DNA of 64,000 nucleotides from NCBI GenBank assembly GCA_965213625.1, contig CBDBZU010000004.1:1664001-1728000 (forward strand), written 5' to 3'. The notes beneath the pieces were generated by a model, which saw only the letters and a list, made by a program, of their open reading frames with translations, was not told the DNA's origin and did not search any database. This DNA is from a bacterium. Lineage in GTDB: Bacteria > UBA8248. Below, piece by piece: positions 63,630 through 64,000 of this stretch (positions are counted from its first letter, which is position 1; every line of letters begins with the position of its first letter). The translations under genes were made by a program, and so were the position numbers.

Positions 63630-63806
63630 GAGGCAATCGACGGGGTGGACGAAAAGAACCGGACTGGCCGGGTTCGTGTGCTCGTTTTTTTGAAATTTTC
63701 AGATTCGGGGTTTGACGAATCAGTCTATCTTCGCTAATACTATGTCTATGTGGAATAGGGTGACTGATTCCGAAAGATTTCTTTTCGGATTCAGGTGGGA
63801 AGTTTG

Positions 63807-63839
63807 TTGACAAAATATAAATTTTCGATCTATTCTTTT
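63807..63839 (+). promoter_or_regulatory. Sigma70 promoter P2 overlapping a candidate attR core
   Basis: TTGACA-N18-TATTCT. Upstream GGAA.GTTTGTTGACAAA is shared with P1. Confidence 0.7.
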
Positions 63840-64000
63840 GAGAAATGAAGAATGGAATGACTATTTTTACTAATGGGATAGTGTCTACATAAGCGGCAAT
63901 TATCAGATCGCTCGATAGAACCTTGTCGACGTACGGGGCAGTATTGAAGAGAGGGGGTGATGTGAGAGCGGGAAGCCCTGTTTCAGGCGACGAAGCACAG
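63829..64000 (+). repeat. Inverted repeat right arm (second copy of the porin leader; runs off the window)
   Basis: Exact reverse complement of 60830-61001. Confidence 0.95.

Larger units (their letters stand above)
47570..63839. mobile_element. Putative integrative element (about 16.3 kb) bounded by direct TCTATTCTTTT cores
   Basis: 11-bp direct repeat, tandem tyrosine recombinases at the right end, ssb/DUF2493/DUF4326, TA modules and pseudogenes. Confidence 0.65.

Overview
GC-rich bacterial chromosomal window from a diderm, judged by its porin-like and outer-membrane proteins; the taxon cannot be fixed from sequence alone. 1-47.3 kb is core/metabolic. It holds a sulfite-oxidase-family gene (5' truncated), a TarD-like enolase, glgX-glgB, tRNA-Cys, hemE-hemH-hemY, a NapG-like ferredoxin, a LeuC/LeuD-type hydratase and FAH/HpcH enzymes. 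It also holds three luciferase-like monooxygenases, a carbohydrate-type ABC transporter, a DUF1302-DUF1329-YCF48-MMPL cluster, an intact IS1182 nested in REP/MITE repeats, a 6S-like structured RNA candidate, thiC with a TPP riboswitch, a TMTC-like glycosyltransferase and an FG-GAP protein. 47.6-63.8 kb looks like an integrative element with leading-region genes (ssb, DUF4326, DUF2493), two toxin-antitoxin pairs, decayed defence genes, a porin gene and two tandem tyrosine recombinases. The main observation is that the 11-bp core TCTATTCTTTT, containing a -10 box, occurs three times: 47570-47580 (+), 60991-61001 (-) and 63829-63839 (+). Two copies follow related TTGACA promoters. Two copies begin a perfect inverted repeat of at least 172 bp that is the porin 5' leader and brackets the recombinase pair. 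This suggests a recombinase-controlled promoter switch between an element-borne porin and a predicted second porin just beyond the window. The mechanism is inference and untested.
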